DNA of 64,000 nucleotides from Balanoglossus misakiensis (taxonomy: Eukaryota; Animalia; Hemichordata). Every line of letters starts with the position of its first letter. Position 1 is the first letter of the stretch. The stretch spans positions 7,425,519 through 7,489,518 of the forward strand of contig CM082578.2 in assembly GCA_040954595.2 (NCBI GenBank). The letters are read 5' to 3'. The translations under genes and the position numbers were made by a program. The notes under the pieces are model-generated. The model made no database searches, was not told where the DNA came from, and saw only the letters and a program-made list of their open reading frames with translations. This document shows positions 48,601 through 61,779 of this stretch, one piece after another.

Positions 48601-51600
48601 GAGTCTGTAACAAAATACATGAAGAACGGGTGACTAAACTGTCTAGGTATCCATACTACTGTGCTTGCATCAGCGGTTCCTCCCTCAGGAAAAATTTGGT
48701 TCTCACGAGTTCTGAAATATAAACTCGGGTACCTAGTAGTCTACAGAAAAACACAGGTCAAACTGGGTTCCGTTGTTTCGGTCAAATTATGTTAACTTTG
48801 CCTATTATGGCGGTCCACCGAGCCACTCTTCAATCACAGAGATCGATATATTCATCATCATATCTCCACTGCTGTAGCGGCTCGGTTCAGAAATGAAAAA
48901 AAAAAACACCTTTCTCGCAAGTCCTTACAGTGCAGAGTTTCAGCTGTCAAAGTCAGGAATACCGTGTGATTTTTTAACATATTTCAGTCTGTGAATATAT
49001 TTCAAAACGATAACAAAAAATCCTATGGGATTACACCTACCCGTTGGCACAGCAGCAGTAGTAGATCAAAGCACAGAAGCCAATCAGTGCCAACAGACCC
49101 AGCAGTGATAGTATTGCGATTGTAGCGATGCCTCCGTCCGACGTCCAGAAAGAGCTCGTCGACCTGGCATACTTCTCGACATGCGTGGCTGGATAGTCCG
49201 ATAGGGCTGAAATGTAGAGAGAAAGGTTGAACGACAGAACTATTCACAATGTACTAGTGAAAGGTGGAGTTTTGCGTTTCTCGCGATTTTTGGATTGCGA
49301 TGGGCGGAGGGGGTACTCAAGCAGAACTAATAATTTTTGAATAAGTAGTATGAAAACTACTTTTGTTTTCGTATATTCAACGAAAATAAATATACAAGCA
49401 AGTTTTTTCAGCTTTAGATTGTCTTTCTCCCGTCCACGATAAAAGCATTACATATTCAACACGAAGTTCTTACCCGACAGTTGTGATGACGGTGTCCCCG
49501 TGTCGTCGCTTGCAAACGTTGAATAAAGGTACTCCTGTGAAATGAAGTTTTTGGCATTCGACAGACCGGACTCGATGTCGGCTGTGTCGTCAGCAACCCC
49601 GTAGATCCATACGATGACACTGAAAGAAAACATTCCACGTTAATTTGTTGAATGGACCCTTGTGACCACTGTGACGATACCAAAACCAAGCTCCCCCCCC
49701 CCCTTCTCTCTCTCTCTCATATAAACTATTGTGAAAACCGAAAACTGTCACAGCGTTCGCTGTATTGTGCTTTGGAAAAGTTTAGTGAGATTGTTTACGC
49801 ATGCCCACTTTTCTTTCAGAATTAATCACACAAACTAAAGGTAATGCTGCTTTTACCCGGAAGATTGCAGCAGACGTCTCGCTGAAGCTGTAACCACATC
49901 CCCGATGACGGTTATGTGAGAAATCCCGATTCGACCCGTTGGATAATCTTGACTGATGATGCTGTTGTAGGGTACCAAGAACTCCTCCACGTTGTCCAGA
50001 ATCTCTTGCTTTGTTCGGCCGGACACGTGAACACCAATCAGGTTCAGGTACGGATCGAAGGTGTCGATTCTGCAGTTGATCGCCGTCGAGGTCAGGGGCG
50101 GGTTGCCCGTGTCTATGCCCGTGGCGGTGAACGTGTACTTGGTGTACACCGTCGGCCTTGCTCCCGTGGCCAGGCTGACTTCGCCACTGCTGGGGTTGAC
50201 TGTGAAGGTGCTGGCCGTGTCCTCGATGCTGTACTGGACGGTGGACAGTATATCCGCGTCTGTCGCCCGCATCCGTAGGATCGGCTCGCCCAGCAGGTTC
50301 AGGTAGGACATCTCCCCGCTGTAGAAGGACGGCAAAAAGATCGGGGCGTTGTCGTTGACGTCGACTATCTGGATCGTCACAGTGGTTGAGGCCGTCAGTG
50401 GAGGGGACCCGGAGTCCACCGCCAGCACCGACAGTTCGATTTCCCTGTACAGTTCGCTGTCCAGTTCGTCTTTGACGGAGACGATTCCGGTGGCCGGGTT
50501 GATCGTGAAGTACTTGTTGGCGATCGGTCCGTTGTCGGCCAGGGCGGAGGATATCGAGTATGTCAGGATGCTGTCCACGCCGGAGTCGTAGTCCTCCGCG
50601 GTGACGTGTATGACAGTGGTACCCAGTGGACTGTCTTCCCGCACGCCGCTTTCATAGGGCGAGTTGCTCAGGAATTGTGGGGCGTGGTCGTTCTGGTCCG
50701 CGAGCTGCACCAGAAGGACGCCATACGCTTCCTCGCCGTTGCCCCTGGTGATGTGAACGAGGAAATTGTACTGTGGGTAGGTTTCGTAGTCCAACTGGTC
50801 CGCGGCGACCACCATGGTCCCCGAGGTGGGCTCCAGGTAGAAATGTTCGGAGTATTCGCCCTCGACGATCGTGTAAACGTAATTGGTGTTGGCCCCGCCG
50901 CAAATGTCCGCATCGAAGTCGTCGCAATCGATGGTCCCCAGAAAGGTCCCAGTAGGGGCGTTTTCCTGCGCCGTGATGACGACATCAGCGTCCACCATAG
51001 CAAGTCCTTCCAACGGCTGCAGGACATTGATGTTAGCGGTACATTCGTCTTTCATCGTCGGGTCTTTGTCATCCTCGATGCGGATGACAAACGAGTAGGA
51101 TTGGCGGAGGGCCGTGTTCAGACTGCCTATCAAATAGATATTTCCCTTTTCAGGGTCGATGCTCCATGTACCTGTAACAAGTGTGAAATAAGCGTAGAGA
51201 GTAGCGTTTTAAGTCGCTTTGTCATACCGACATTTCTCGGTTTCTTCGACCCCGTCTGTCAGCCTGTCTGGATGGCACCTCAAAAATGGCTAATTAGATT
51301 ACAGCAAAATTCGATAAATATTATTAGAGTAATAATTGTTAATTCTTGGTTGGTGTCCTTTGCATAATTAAGACTAATTTGCAGAAATATTCACTTAGAA
51401 ATCACATTTATGGAAACTTATTGCACCAATCCACACAGATAGACTCAACAGCACTGCAGTGTCTGGTCAACTGCTCATTTGCATATTAATAGAAATATTG
51501 ATGAATTTCACCATCAACCCGGTGAATCATGTCACAGTGCGACTTTTTAACATTATGCTCTCACGTATCAGCTGTTTGCAAACAAAAGGAAGAATTCAAC

Positions 51601-54600
51601 GAAGCGATATTGCTTCTGACATTACAAAAATATTGATACGCCCACTGGAAAACAAACAGCGAGGCCTTACCATCACTTCCACTTATGAACTTGTATGTCC
51701 TTTGCGTGTTCTGCTTGGCCCAGTCATCTCTGTCATAACTACGTATTACCATAGCCGACATGCCGACGGTCATGTCCTCTCTGACATCTGTCGTATAGTA
51801 TTGGTTGTACGGTCTCTTGCAAATTGGCTCGTTGTCGTTCAGGTCGTTGACCGTGACATCGACAGTGGCGATTGCCGTGCGGGCCGGATCCCCCTTATCA
51901 GACACTTTAATTTGCAACTCGTAACTGTGAAAGAAAAACAAAATACACGTGGACATTATTTCCCCTTCACTTATATTCTACTTTATTGTGATGGTGATGG
52001 TTGGTTAGTTGCCAAGTTGGGATGGTTGACCTTTTCCTTGATTGCTTGGCTGCTTGATTTCCCGACTGACTGACCGGCTGATTGATTGATTGATTGATTG
52101 ATCGATCGATTGATTGTGCTGGTGTCTAAACAACAGTGCAGTTGTTGTGCTCGGTAGCCTAGTTGCTATTTATAATTATTGTATAATTGTTTGGTTTCAT
52201 TGTACACGATGATCTGGAAAAAAAATAATGAAAACTATTCAAAACCATTCACATAAGGTGTTCGCTGTTTCCTCGTACGGATCAGATATTCCCTTTGCAA
52301 TTTTGCCAAAACTGACTGCATGAACATAAATTGCTTTGCTCATTGTTTTTCTTCATTAAAGATGAAATGGGTGTTTTTGCTTACAACTTGATTTCCTCTC
52401 TATCCAGAGAAACGGTAGTAATCAATCTTCCGGAGTTTTCGTCAATATTGAAATGGCCCTCGTCGTCGCCGCCAATGATCGTGAAGAACGTTTCCCCATT
52501 GAGCCCTTCATCCGGGTCCGTGGCGGTGAAAACCCACAGCTCTTCATACATTGGCCCGTTCTCTTCGATGGTCAGCTCCACTGCGTTGGGCGTGATCAGG
52601 GGGTCGTTGTCGTTCACGTCGACCAGGTGGATTTCCACCGCGCAGAGCGCCGTGCGCTGGGGAATGCCGTTGTCGGTCACCTGGATCACCATGCTGTAGA
52701 TTTCGTAGAGCTCCCTGTCGAGCATCGCCAGGGGAACCACGTCTCTGTCCGGCTCCAGGAGCAGATCGTTGTGCCCGATGCCAGCTACAACCGTGTACGT
52801 CAGGTCCGCATTGTCCCCCGCGTCGGGATCGCGAGCGTTCACAGTCGTCAGAATTGTCTCAATCGGTTTGGGGTTCTCGTTGATGTAGATGATATCGATG
52901 GGTTTTTCACAGATGGGGTCATTGTCATTGACGTCGGTCAGGGTCACTGTCAGAATGAAGGAGTCTGCTTTGATGAGGGTGTCGTTCTCCGCTTTGTCAT
53001 AGACGGTGATGTTGAGGTTGTACTCGTCCAGGAACTCGCGGTCCAGGTAGCCAGCTACCGTGATTTCGCCCGTGTCCTTGTTAATTTGGAAGCTGCCATC
53101 ATTTCCCTCGGTGATCTTGTACTCCATTTCACCATGGATGCCGTAATCGTTATCCGAAGCAGCAGCGGTGTAAATGATGGAACCGACGGCAATGTCCTCT
53201 GGGATAGCGACCGTGTCGGTGTTATCCGGAAATATGGGCTTGGCCTGGTTGATCGGCCGCACCGCAACCGTTACGATGGTGTAACCTCTCCTCACCGGGG
53301 TGCCCCTGTCGGCCGCTTCCAAGCGCAGTCTGTACGTGCTCGTCCTGTGCCACGCCAACAGGTTGAAGTTCCTCAACTCGTTCGCCGTGAACGTGAAATC
53401 GTTGTCGGTGTTTCCGCTGACGATTCTGTAGTCGAGCTGGGCGTTGGTGCCGGCGTCGGCGTCGGTCGCCGTCAGTGTCATGAACAGGGAATCGAGCGGG
53501 GCCGTCTCCATCACCGTGATGGAGTGCAGTCTCGGGGTGAACACGGGAGCGTTGTCGTTAACATCGGAGACGAATATGTCGACGGTGGTGGTGTCATTCA
53601 GCTCGTCGCCGAACCTCTCCAGGCTGTCCTTGGCCATGACCTGCAAAGTGTACGAAGTCTTCGTCTCCCTGTCCAGCACGTCCACCGTGGACACGACACC
53701 CGAAAAGCGGTCAACGGTGAACTTGCGATCTTGGTTGCCACCGACGATCTCATAGCGTATCCTACTGTGCACGTGCTGGGGCTCATCAACGAGGTCTTCG
53801 GCGACCACCTGGATCACACTGGCTCCGGGAAGAGCATCTTCAGGAATGGCCTTGGTGTAGCCACCCGCCGGTTCAACGAACGTTGGCGGCTCTTCGTTGA
53901 CAGGCAGTATCGTTACTGCCACCGTGCCCGTCGAGCTCAGCTGGGGAACGCCCAGGTCTTTCACTTCAACCGTCATGAAGTAGGACTTCGTATCCTCGAA
54001 GTCCAAGACGCCACTCACCACGATGTCGTCGGCAGATACACCGAAATGGCCGAGGTCATTCCCCGTCAGTATGGTCAGCACGTGGTCCGTGTTGGGCGAG
54101 CCGAGGTCATTGTCGACGACGTTCAAGGATGCCACAACGAAACCGTTCGGCTCGTCCTCCTTCACCGAAACAGCGTTCTGTAGCGGGTCGAAGTAGGGCA
54201 CCTGGTCGTTGACGTCCGTTATCGTTACCCTCACGGTGGTAAGAGCAGTCTTCTCCTGCCCGGCAATGGCCAGATCAGTCGCCGTCACTTCCAGGTCGTA
54301 CACGTCAATAGTTTCCCGGTCGAGGGCTCTCTTTACAAAGACTTCCCCGGTGGTAGAATCGATTTTAAAGGCATCGCCAACGTTCCCCCCAGTGATGGTG
54401 TACATCACAAGCCCGTCGTTAAGGGCGTCAGCATCCGTAGTCAGCACCGTCTCAACAGAGGTATCTGCGGCGGCGTCTTCGGGAACCGACGTCACGTAGA
54501 CAGGCGGTATAAAAATCGGCGGGAACTCGTTCACGCCCTGCACGGAAACGGTTATCACCGCAGTGCCGAAGCTCAGCCCGTCTGACACGTGGATTGTCAG

Positions 54601-57600
54601 AACATAGGTATCGTTTGTCTCAGCATCGAGAACGTCATTGGTCAAAAGCATACCGGTCGAAGGGTCGATAGTGAACCTACCGTCTTCGTTGCCGGAGTTT
54701 ATGCTGTAGGTGAAGTTGCTGCCTGCATCGCCGTCCATGCAATTAGGGCCAATGATCGGTGTGCCTATGTAACTGTCCTCAGGTACAAACCCCATATAGG
54801 CCACGGGGTCGCAATAAGGAATGTTGTCATTGGCGTCTGTTACGTCTATATTGACTGTCGTTGTACCGGTTCTTGCTGGTGACCCGTTGTCCCGTGCTTC
54901 GACAACTAATTTATAGAACTGCACTGTTTCCCAGTCAAGCTTCTTCAGGATGGTAATCTCACCAGTTACTTCAATCAGATGGAATTTCTCGTCTTCATTG
55001 CCACTAGTTATGGTGTAATAAACTTCACCTACAGAATATAAATGATGGTACATGGTCAAAATTTGACATTGCTTCATACGCCAAAATGATGATTGAGCTT
55101 CAATCAACAATACATGGCAGAAATCCACCATCTTAAAACTGTGTCGACCCAAGAAGCTTTTTGTCTCCCAAGTAGGTAGCTAACCCCAACTGACCGTTCT
55201 GATAATTGTAATGATAGATTTACAGAGTTAGGTATTCTCAATTTAAAGTTATTCTTACCATCTATCCCGGTGTCACTGTCAAGAGCATTCAGGTCAACGA
55301 TGGTCACTCCTTCACTCAGTCCTTCGGAGGCAATGACAGGTATAGTGCTTGCGCCAAAGTCAGGGGTATATTCATTCATTCCTGAAAAATAAACAAGTAA
55401 AAACCATATCAAGTATTTGTAGTGCTAATTGCAGGAGAATTGACAATGTGAAGGATGTGTATATAGCCAGGTATCCTCTGCAAATGTTTTCCAATGACTG
55501 AAGATATTCTTGCATGTGAACACTTTGCATTATTTAGCATGTACATGTACGTGACTGTGCTGATCCTTTTTTTGCTTAATTGAAGTCTGTGATTGAAGGG
55601 AAGAAACAATGCTTTATTGCACAACTAAACGGAGATGGTGAAAGAAATCGCAAGGGACTCGTCACCACATCTGGGTGCTGGATTGTTTGGTCTTACCTAT
55701 GATGTCAACAACAACTGTGGCCGTCGATGACACAGGCGGAACACCACTGTCAACCACTCTGACTAGAAGCTGGAAAGACTCCTTCTGTTCAAAGTCTGGA
55801 CTTGTGCGCACCACCACCTCTGGAAGGCTAGCGTCGGGAATCTCAAAGGTGTTGAAGTCGTTTCCATCCACGATGTAATAGTTAATTTGGCCACCCCCGC
55901 CGTCGTCGTTGCAGTTCAGCTGCCCGATGACAGTTGCCACCGGCGTGTTCTCTTGGCACAGCCAGGAGTAGAAATCGGGACTGCAGTAGGGATTCTCGTC
56001 GTTTTCGTCGATGAGGTTGATCGTCACCGTGGCAACATCCGTGGCAGTGTTGTCGGCCACTTGCACTTGTAAGGTGTAGACCGCCTTCGTTTCGGCGTCA
56101 AGAAAGTCGACCACCACGATGTCGCCAGTTACGGAGTCGATTCCGAATTTGCCATCGCTGCCGGACAGTATCGAATATGTCAAGATTCCGCCCTGTCCGT
56201 CGTCTGCATCGGTGGCAGAAACACGTAACACAGTTGTCCCGGATAGAGCGCTTTCAGAGACGGAATCGGTGTAACTTGCCGGCGAGAATACTGGGGCATG
56301 TTCATTGCTGAAGACCACGTTGATATATGCCGTTGCCGTGGCACTGAGAGACGGAACTCCATCGTCGACTGCTGTAAGACTCAGAGTATACGTGCTCTGT
56401 GTTTCTGCGTCCAAGTTCGTGTTGTCGGCCACGAATATTTCATTAGCTGCATTCACACCGAAGACACTGCCAGCGTTTCCAGCACTTATGCTGACAACCA
56501 CGTTGTCACCATCCACATCAGACACCGTTAAAGGAACGACTACGAATGGTACAGCGGCCATTTCGTTGACGCTGCCAAAGTAGAGGTTTTGGCCAAACTC
56601 TGGCGGGTTGTTGACCCCAGGAAGAACATTAATGTTCAGGGCAATCGCATCCGTCTTCGTTCCAGGATTTGTACCCGTGTCTTCGGCCACCACGGTCAGG
56701 GAAAATGAGTCACCAGCATTGACCTTTGATATCAAGTGAATCTCACCCGTCTGGTGGTCGATGCGGAACTTTGAACTAGTCGGAAGGAAACTGAAATACA
56801 CCTCTTCTCCGCTATCGATGTCAGAAGCAGCGACGGTCAAAACGACGTCGTTGACGGCCGTGGTGTCGAAGATGTCAATCGTGTGCACGGCTGGCAGGGC
56901 TATGACAGGGTCGAACTCGTTCACTGGGCCGACATTGACAGTGACAACGACTGTACTCGTCAGGGATGGCACGCCTCCGTCGTAAACATCCACGGTTATG
57001 CTGTGGCTTTCTCTGGTCTCGTAGTCGAGGATGCCAGAAAGCGAAAGTACACCCGCTGCATCGATTGAGAAAGGGGCGGGGGCTGGACTGCCGTCAACGT
57101 CAACGATGGCGTAGGAAATGGCCGCGTTCGCGCCGTCGTCGGCATCAGTGCACGTGGCGCCGATGTCCACCAGGGTGCCGGGAGGGTCGTCCTCGTCCGC
57201 GTTCACCAGCGTGTAAGCAGGCGTGCACAGAGGAGCATTGTCGTTGACGTCGGTGATCGTGAAGACAACATTCTGGGTGCTCGCTAACGCCGGGGTGCCG
57301 CGGTCTGTCACGGTGACTGTCACGGTGTGCGTCGCCAGTGGAAGCTCCCTGTCCAGCTTGTCCTTCACCCTGATCACCCCGGTCAGCTCGTCCACCATGA
57401 AGTACGTTCCCGGAGTGAGCGAGAAGAAGAACTTGCCATCAATGCCCAGGTCGCCATCGCTGGCTAACATCTGGTACACAGACGTTCCAACGCCCGTGTC
57501 TTCTGGGATCGACGGCGTGTAAGGGGGGCCCGGCCCGATGAATATCGGTGTGTTGTCGTTGTCCGGCAACACCTCAATGGTGACGTTGGCACCCGTCGAC

Positions 57601-60600
57601 TTATAACCGGCACCCCCGTTCAGGTCACGTGCCTCGATGTACAAGCGAAAGATCTGAGTGGCCGGGTTGTCAAAGTCTAATGTTGCTGTTGTCGTTATAG
57701 TACCGGTACTGTCAATTGCGAACCATGGAAGGGGGTCAGGTTGGCCGCCTGTTGAGTGAAGATCAAGAGAGGAAAAGGGTCAGCCAGAACTATGTGGTGA
57801 AGATATTATTCAAACCTGTGCAAAAAATATCCTGATTACATCTTTCACAGGATAAGGTAATTTCATTTATTTACATCACAGTCATGCTATGAACATATAC
57901 ATCGAAGTTTACCTCCCATTGGCAGAAACGGTGCATAAAGACCGTCAATACACAACAAGCAAGAATTGGGTAACACAAACACTTTACCTGTGATGACGTA
58001 CTGAATATCACCATTAGGTGACACGAGGTCAGCGTCGGTTGCCGGGGCGGTAACTATGGTCTGTGCTGCTGGTAGTCCTTCTTGCACAGTTCCACTGTAG
58101 GTTAAAATGAAACAGGTGTCAGTGTGAATTGTGTGGTACGGAAGTGGTGTTAACATACACATGTACATGATTATGTTGGTGGAGAAGGATTTCACTTGTT
58201 CGATTGCATACGTTAACTTCTCAAGTACATCAGTATCACTGTCATACAGTATACGAATTTAATTGGCAAGACAGAACAGGAGAACAACTGTTTTAATTGG
58301 CATAACCGTTTGTCGGATCTAAGTTTCTTGACTGTGTTAACAATTTGTAATATATGACAGAGGGTGAACAGGATATTCACAGATAATATCGACTGATTGA
58401 CTTTTCATTTTTACAAAAAACACGCGCATAGTGGTACGAACGGAAGCGGTGGGGGATACACCACGACCTAAGACCGTGCGTATGGACGTACGTTCACTTT
58501 TATAGTGGAAGAGTGGTATTCGACGACGGAATGCTGTAAGCGGGCGAACGCCGTATCTGTTACTCCCGCTTACCTGTAGATGCTTGAAGAAAACACGGGC
58601 GGATTGTCGTTCATGTCGTTCAGCGTCAGGGTTACGGTAGCAGTGACCGTATTGTCCGAATCTGAAGCCTCGACGGTGATTGTGTGGGAAGTGGCCGTTT
58701 CGTAGTCCAGGGACTCCACGAGGATGATGTCACCGTTCTGGTCGACGTCAAACTGTGGGCAAGCACAGGCGGCGGCGATTCTGTATGTCACCTGACCGTG
58801 CTCTGTCAGGGGCGAATCGGCATCCGTTGCCAGGACGGTGCCTATGGTGGCGTGAATTGCTATGTCTTCGTCTTGCGTGAAAGAGTAAATAGCTGTAGGA
58901 CAAAATATTGTGAAATCTGTCACCATCAAACTTATGTTACAATCTCTCCAACTGATGACAAAACTTTCTTATTTGATTAGTTTGTGTCTCTTATGACCAG
59001 AAATTATGCAAAATTTTCCAGACAACGTGATATATATCTTTTCAAATTTTTGACTGGTCACGGATGATTCATTCATTCATTCATTCATTCATTCATTCAT
59101 TCATTCATTCATTCATTCATTCATTCATTCATTCATTCATCCATCCATCCATCCATCCATCCATCCATCCATCCATCCATCCATCCATCCATCCATCCAT
59201 CCATCCATTCATTCATTCATTCATTCATTCATTCATTCATTCATTCATTCATTCATTCATTCATTCACCAGTCCACCAAATATATCTATATATCGAGATA
59301 ATATCGATTGGTCAGCATTGTGGCACAAAGTACATTCGAGGTTTGGAACCAAAAAAGAGTGAAATGACTCACCAGATGGTTGAAACACAGGGGGGAATTC
59401 GTTCACCGGTAGGATGACCACTGTGCCTTCAACTGCAATCTGGTGAGCAGGTACTGCCAAGTCAGTTACAAAAACTTTCAGACTGTACGAAGTTGGGTCA
59501 GCCTCAAAATCTCGTGCTGCAGTAAGTTGTATAACTCCGGCTGCAGTGACGGAGAATATTCCCCCATAATTGTTATCTAAAGTGTATATCAGCGTTGCGT
59601 CGGCGCTGTCGTCATCCGTGCAGGTCAGCGTGAAAACGTTGGGCGTCGTCTCCTCGTCGATGTTGACGACGAAACTCATGTCAGTGCACACGGGGACGTA
59701 GTCGTTCTCGTCGGTGATTGTGATCTTGGCCGTGCCAACCCCCGTACTCGTGGCGTCTTTGGCGCTGAGGGCGAGGTTGAAGACTGTCGTACCAAGCGAC
59801 TCGAAGTCGATGGCATTCTTCACTCTGATGTCCCCGTTTTCGTTGATGTAGAACAAGTCGTCGGTGTTGCCGCCGGTGATTTCGTAGACTATGAGCCCGT
59901 CGGGAGAATCGGGCGAATCTGGATCTGTAGCTGCGCAGCTGACAACCAGCTGGTCTATTACATCTGTTTCCGGGATGGATACGTCACACGCTGGAGCAAC
60001 CGGAAGCACGGGCGGGCCTTCATCTTGCGGCAGAACGGTGACAGTTATGTCTATATCCACGCTCTTTGGGGGTGCACCACCATCTGCGACTTTCAATTCC
60101 AACTTATACTGGTGATTTGCATTTATCTCGTAATTAAGAGTAAAGCCAGCTTTATAAACAAAGAAAATATATTCTTTACATTAGATCATTGATTGAAAAT
60201 GTTACTGAATTGGTTTCAGGCTCACATGTACCTACATGTACTATAATTGATCTCTCTCTCCCTCTCTCTGTCTCTGTCTGTATAACCCTCTCTCTCTCTG
60301 TATCTGTCTCTCTCTCTCTCTGCATGTGTGGATCTGTCTCTCTCCGTCACGCAATAGGCGATGGTTTCAGGCTTATGTGATGTAATCATGATAATGGATT
60401 TCGAACTACTTACTCTTCAGCCTGACACCTGTCCCAGGGATCCATTCAAAAGCACCAGCCACAGGGTCAATCTCGGTCAAAGTGTAAGTCAGGTCACCAT
60501 TTGGACTGGCATCTGGATCGGTGCACTGCAATTCATCTGAACCTCCCACGTTTGACACCACTGTCAGTGGAACTGTATTTGCGGGGAAAAATGGCGGTAA

Positions 60601-61748
60601 ATTGAACACAATATTAATGTTGTTTGAATTGGTTGTTTGAATTGAATTGGAATTATTGGAATTGAAGATTTCAGGAAAATGAAGATTGATTTTCATGTAC
60701 AATTGGACATTAAGTTTCTCTTTTGGCACTCTTTGCAAAATAAAATTCAAGATGATAAGATTCCAACAGGGAAGGCCATTCAACTCACATGTATTTTCCA
60801 GAGCCTCTACGTTGAAGGCTGTTGCCAGGCACTGCGGTGTGTTGTCGTTGACGTCGTCGACGGTGACAGTCAAGGTGGCAGTGGCCGTCTGGCCGCCGCC
60901 GTCAGTGACCTTGAGTACAATCTGGTAGTTGTCCTCCACTTCTCTGTCCAATGGACTTGTCAAAATGATTTCACCAGTGTTTGGATCCAAGGCGAATTTT
61001 GTCATCCCGGATATGGGAACAGCTGCGTGTTCATAAAAATAATAATTAATGTAGACATTCAGAATGATGTAATTCAAACTTACATACATGTAGATCTACT
61101 ACTAGCCAAAGTGATAAATTTGGATTTTGTAATACACCTGCCACACTATTTTCTATATCGTTGAGAAGATAAATAAAACGTCCAATCACTAGCCGGTAAG
61201 AAGTATGTGCATACCTGATATTTTACTGTAAGACACGATACCATGAGGTGGCAAATCGCCATCGGCTGCGCTGGCGGAAGCGTCTGCGATCACTGTATCG
61301 ACCGCTTGGTCTTCGAAAATAGTCTCTGAGAAATCGGCGAATGTCGGGATAAAGTCGTTGAAAGGCAGCAGGTTGACGGTGAGGGTCACGTATGTTGTAT
61401 CCGTTCCACCGTCCGTGACAGTGATCTCCACCGGATAAACTCTGGCTACAGCGGGGTTGTCATAATCCAATGCTGTAATAAGATTGGTTGAAATGATGAA
61501 TATGTGTAAAATCCAAATTGTGTATATGAGACATATACTCGCATACATACATACATACATACATACATACATACATACATACATACATACATACATACAT
61601 ACATACATACATACATACATACATACATACATACATACATACATACATACATACATACATACATACATACATACATACATACATACATACATACATACAT
61701 ACATACATACATACATACATACATACATACATACATACATACATACAT

Positions 61749-61779
<31 letters not shown>

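Noticed and set aside
52453-54183. Long antisense ORFs (576 aa here, 466 aa at 9727-11127, 283 aa at 3381-4232 and others)
   Set aside because: They lie exactly opposite GC3-rich cadherin exons. Codon bias depletes antisense stops, and there are no independent protein motifs.
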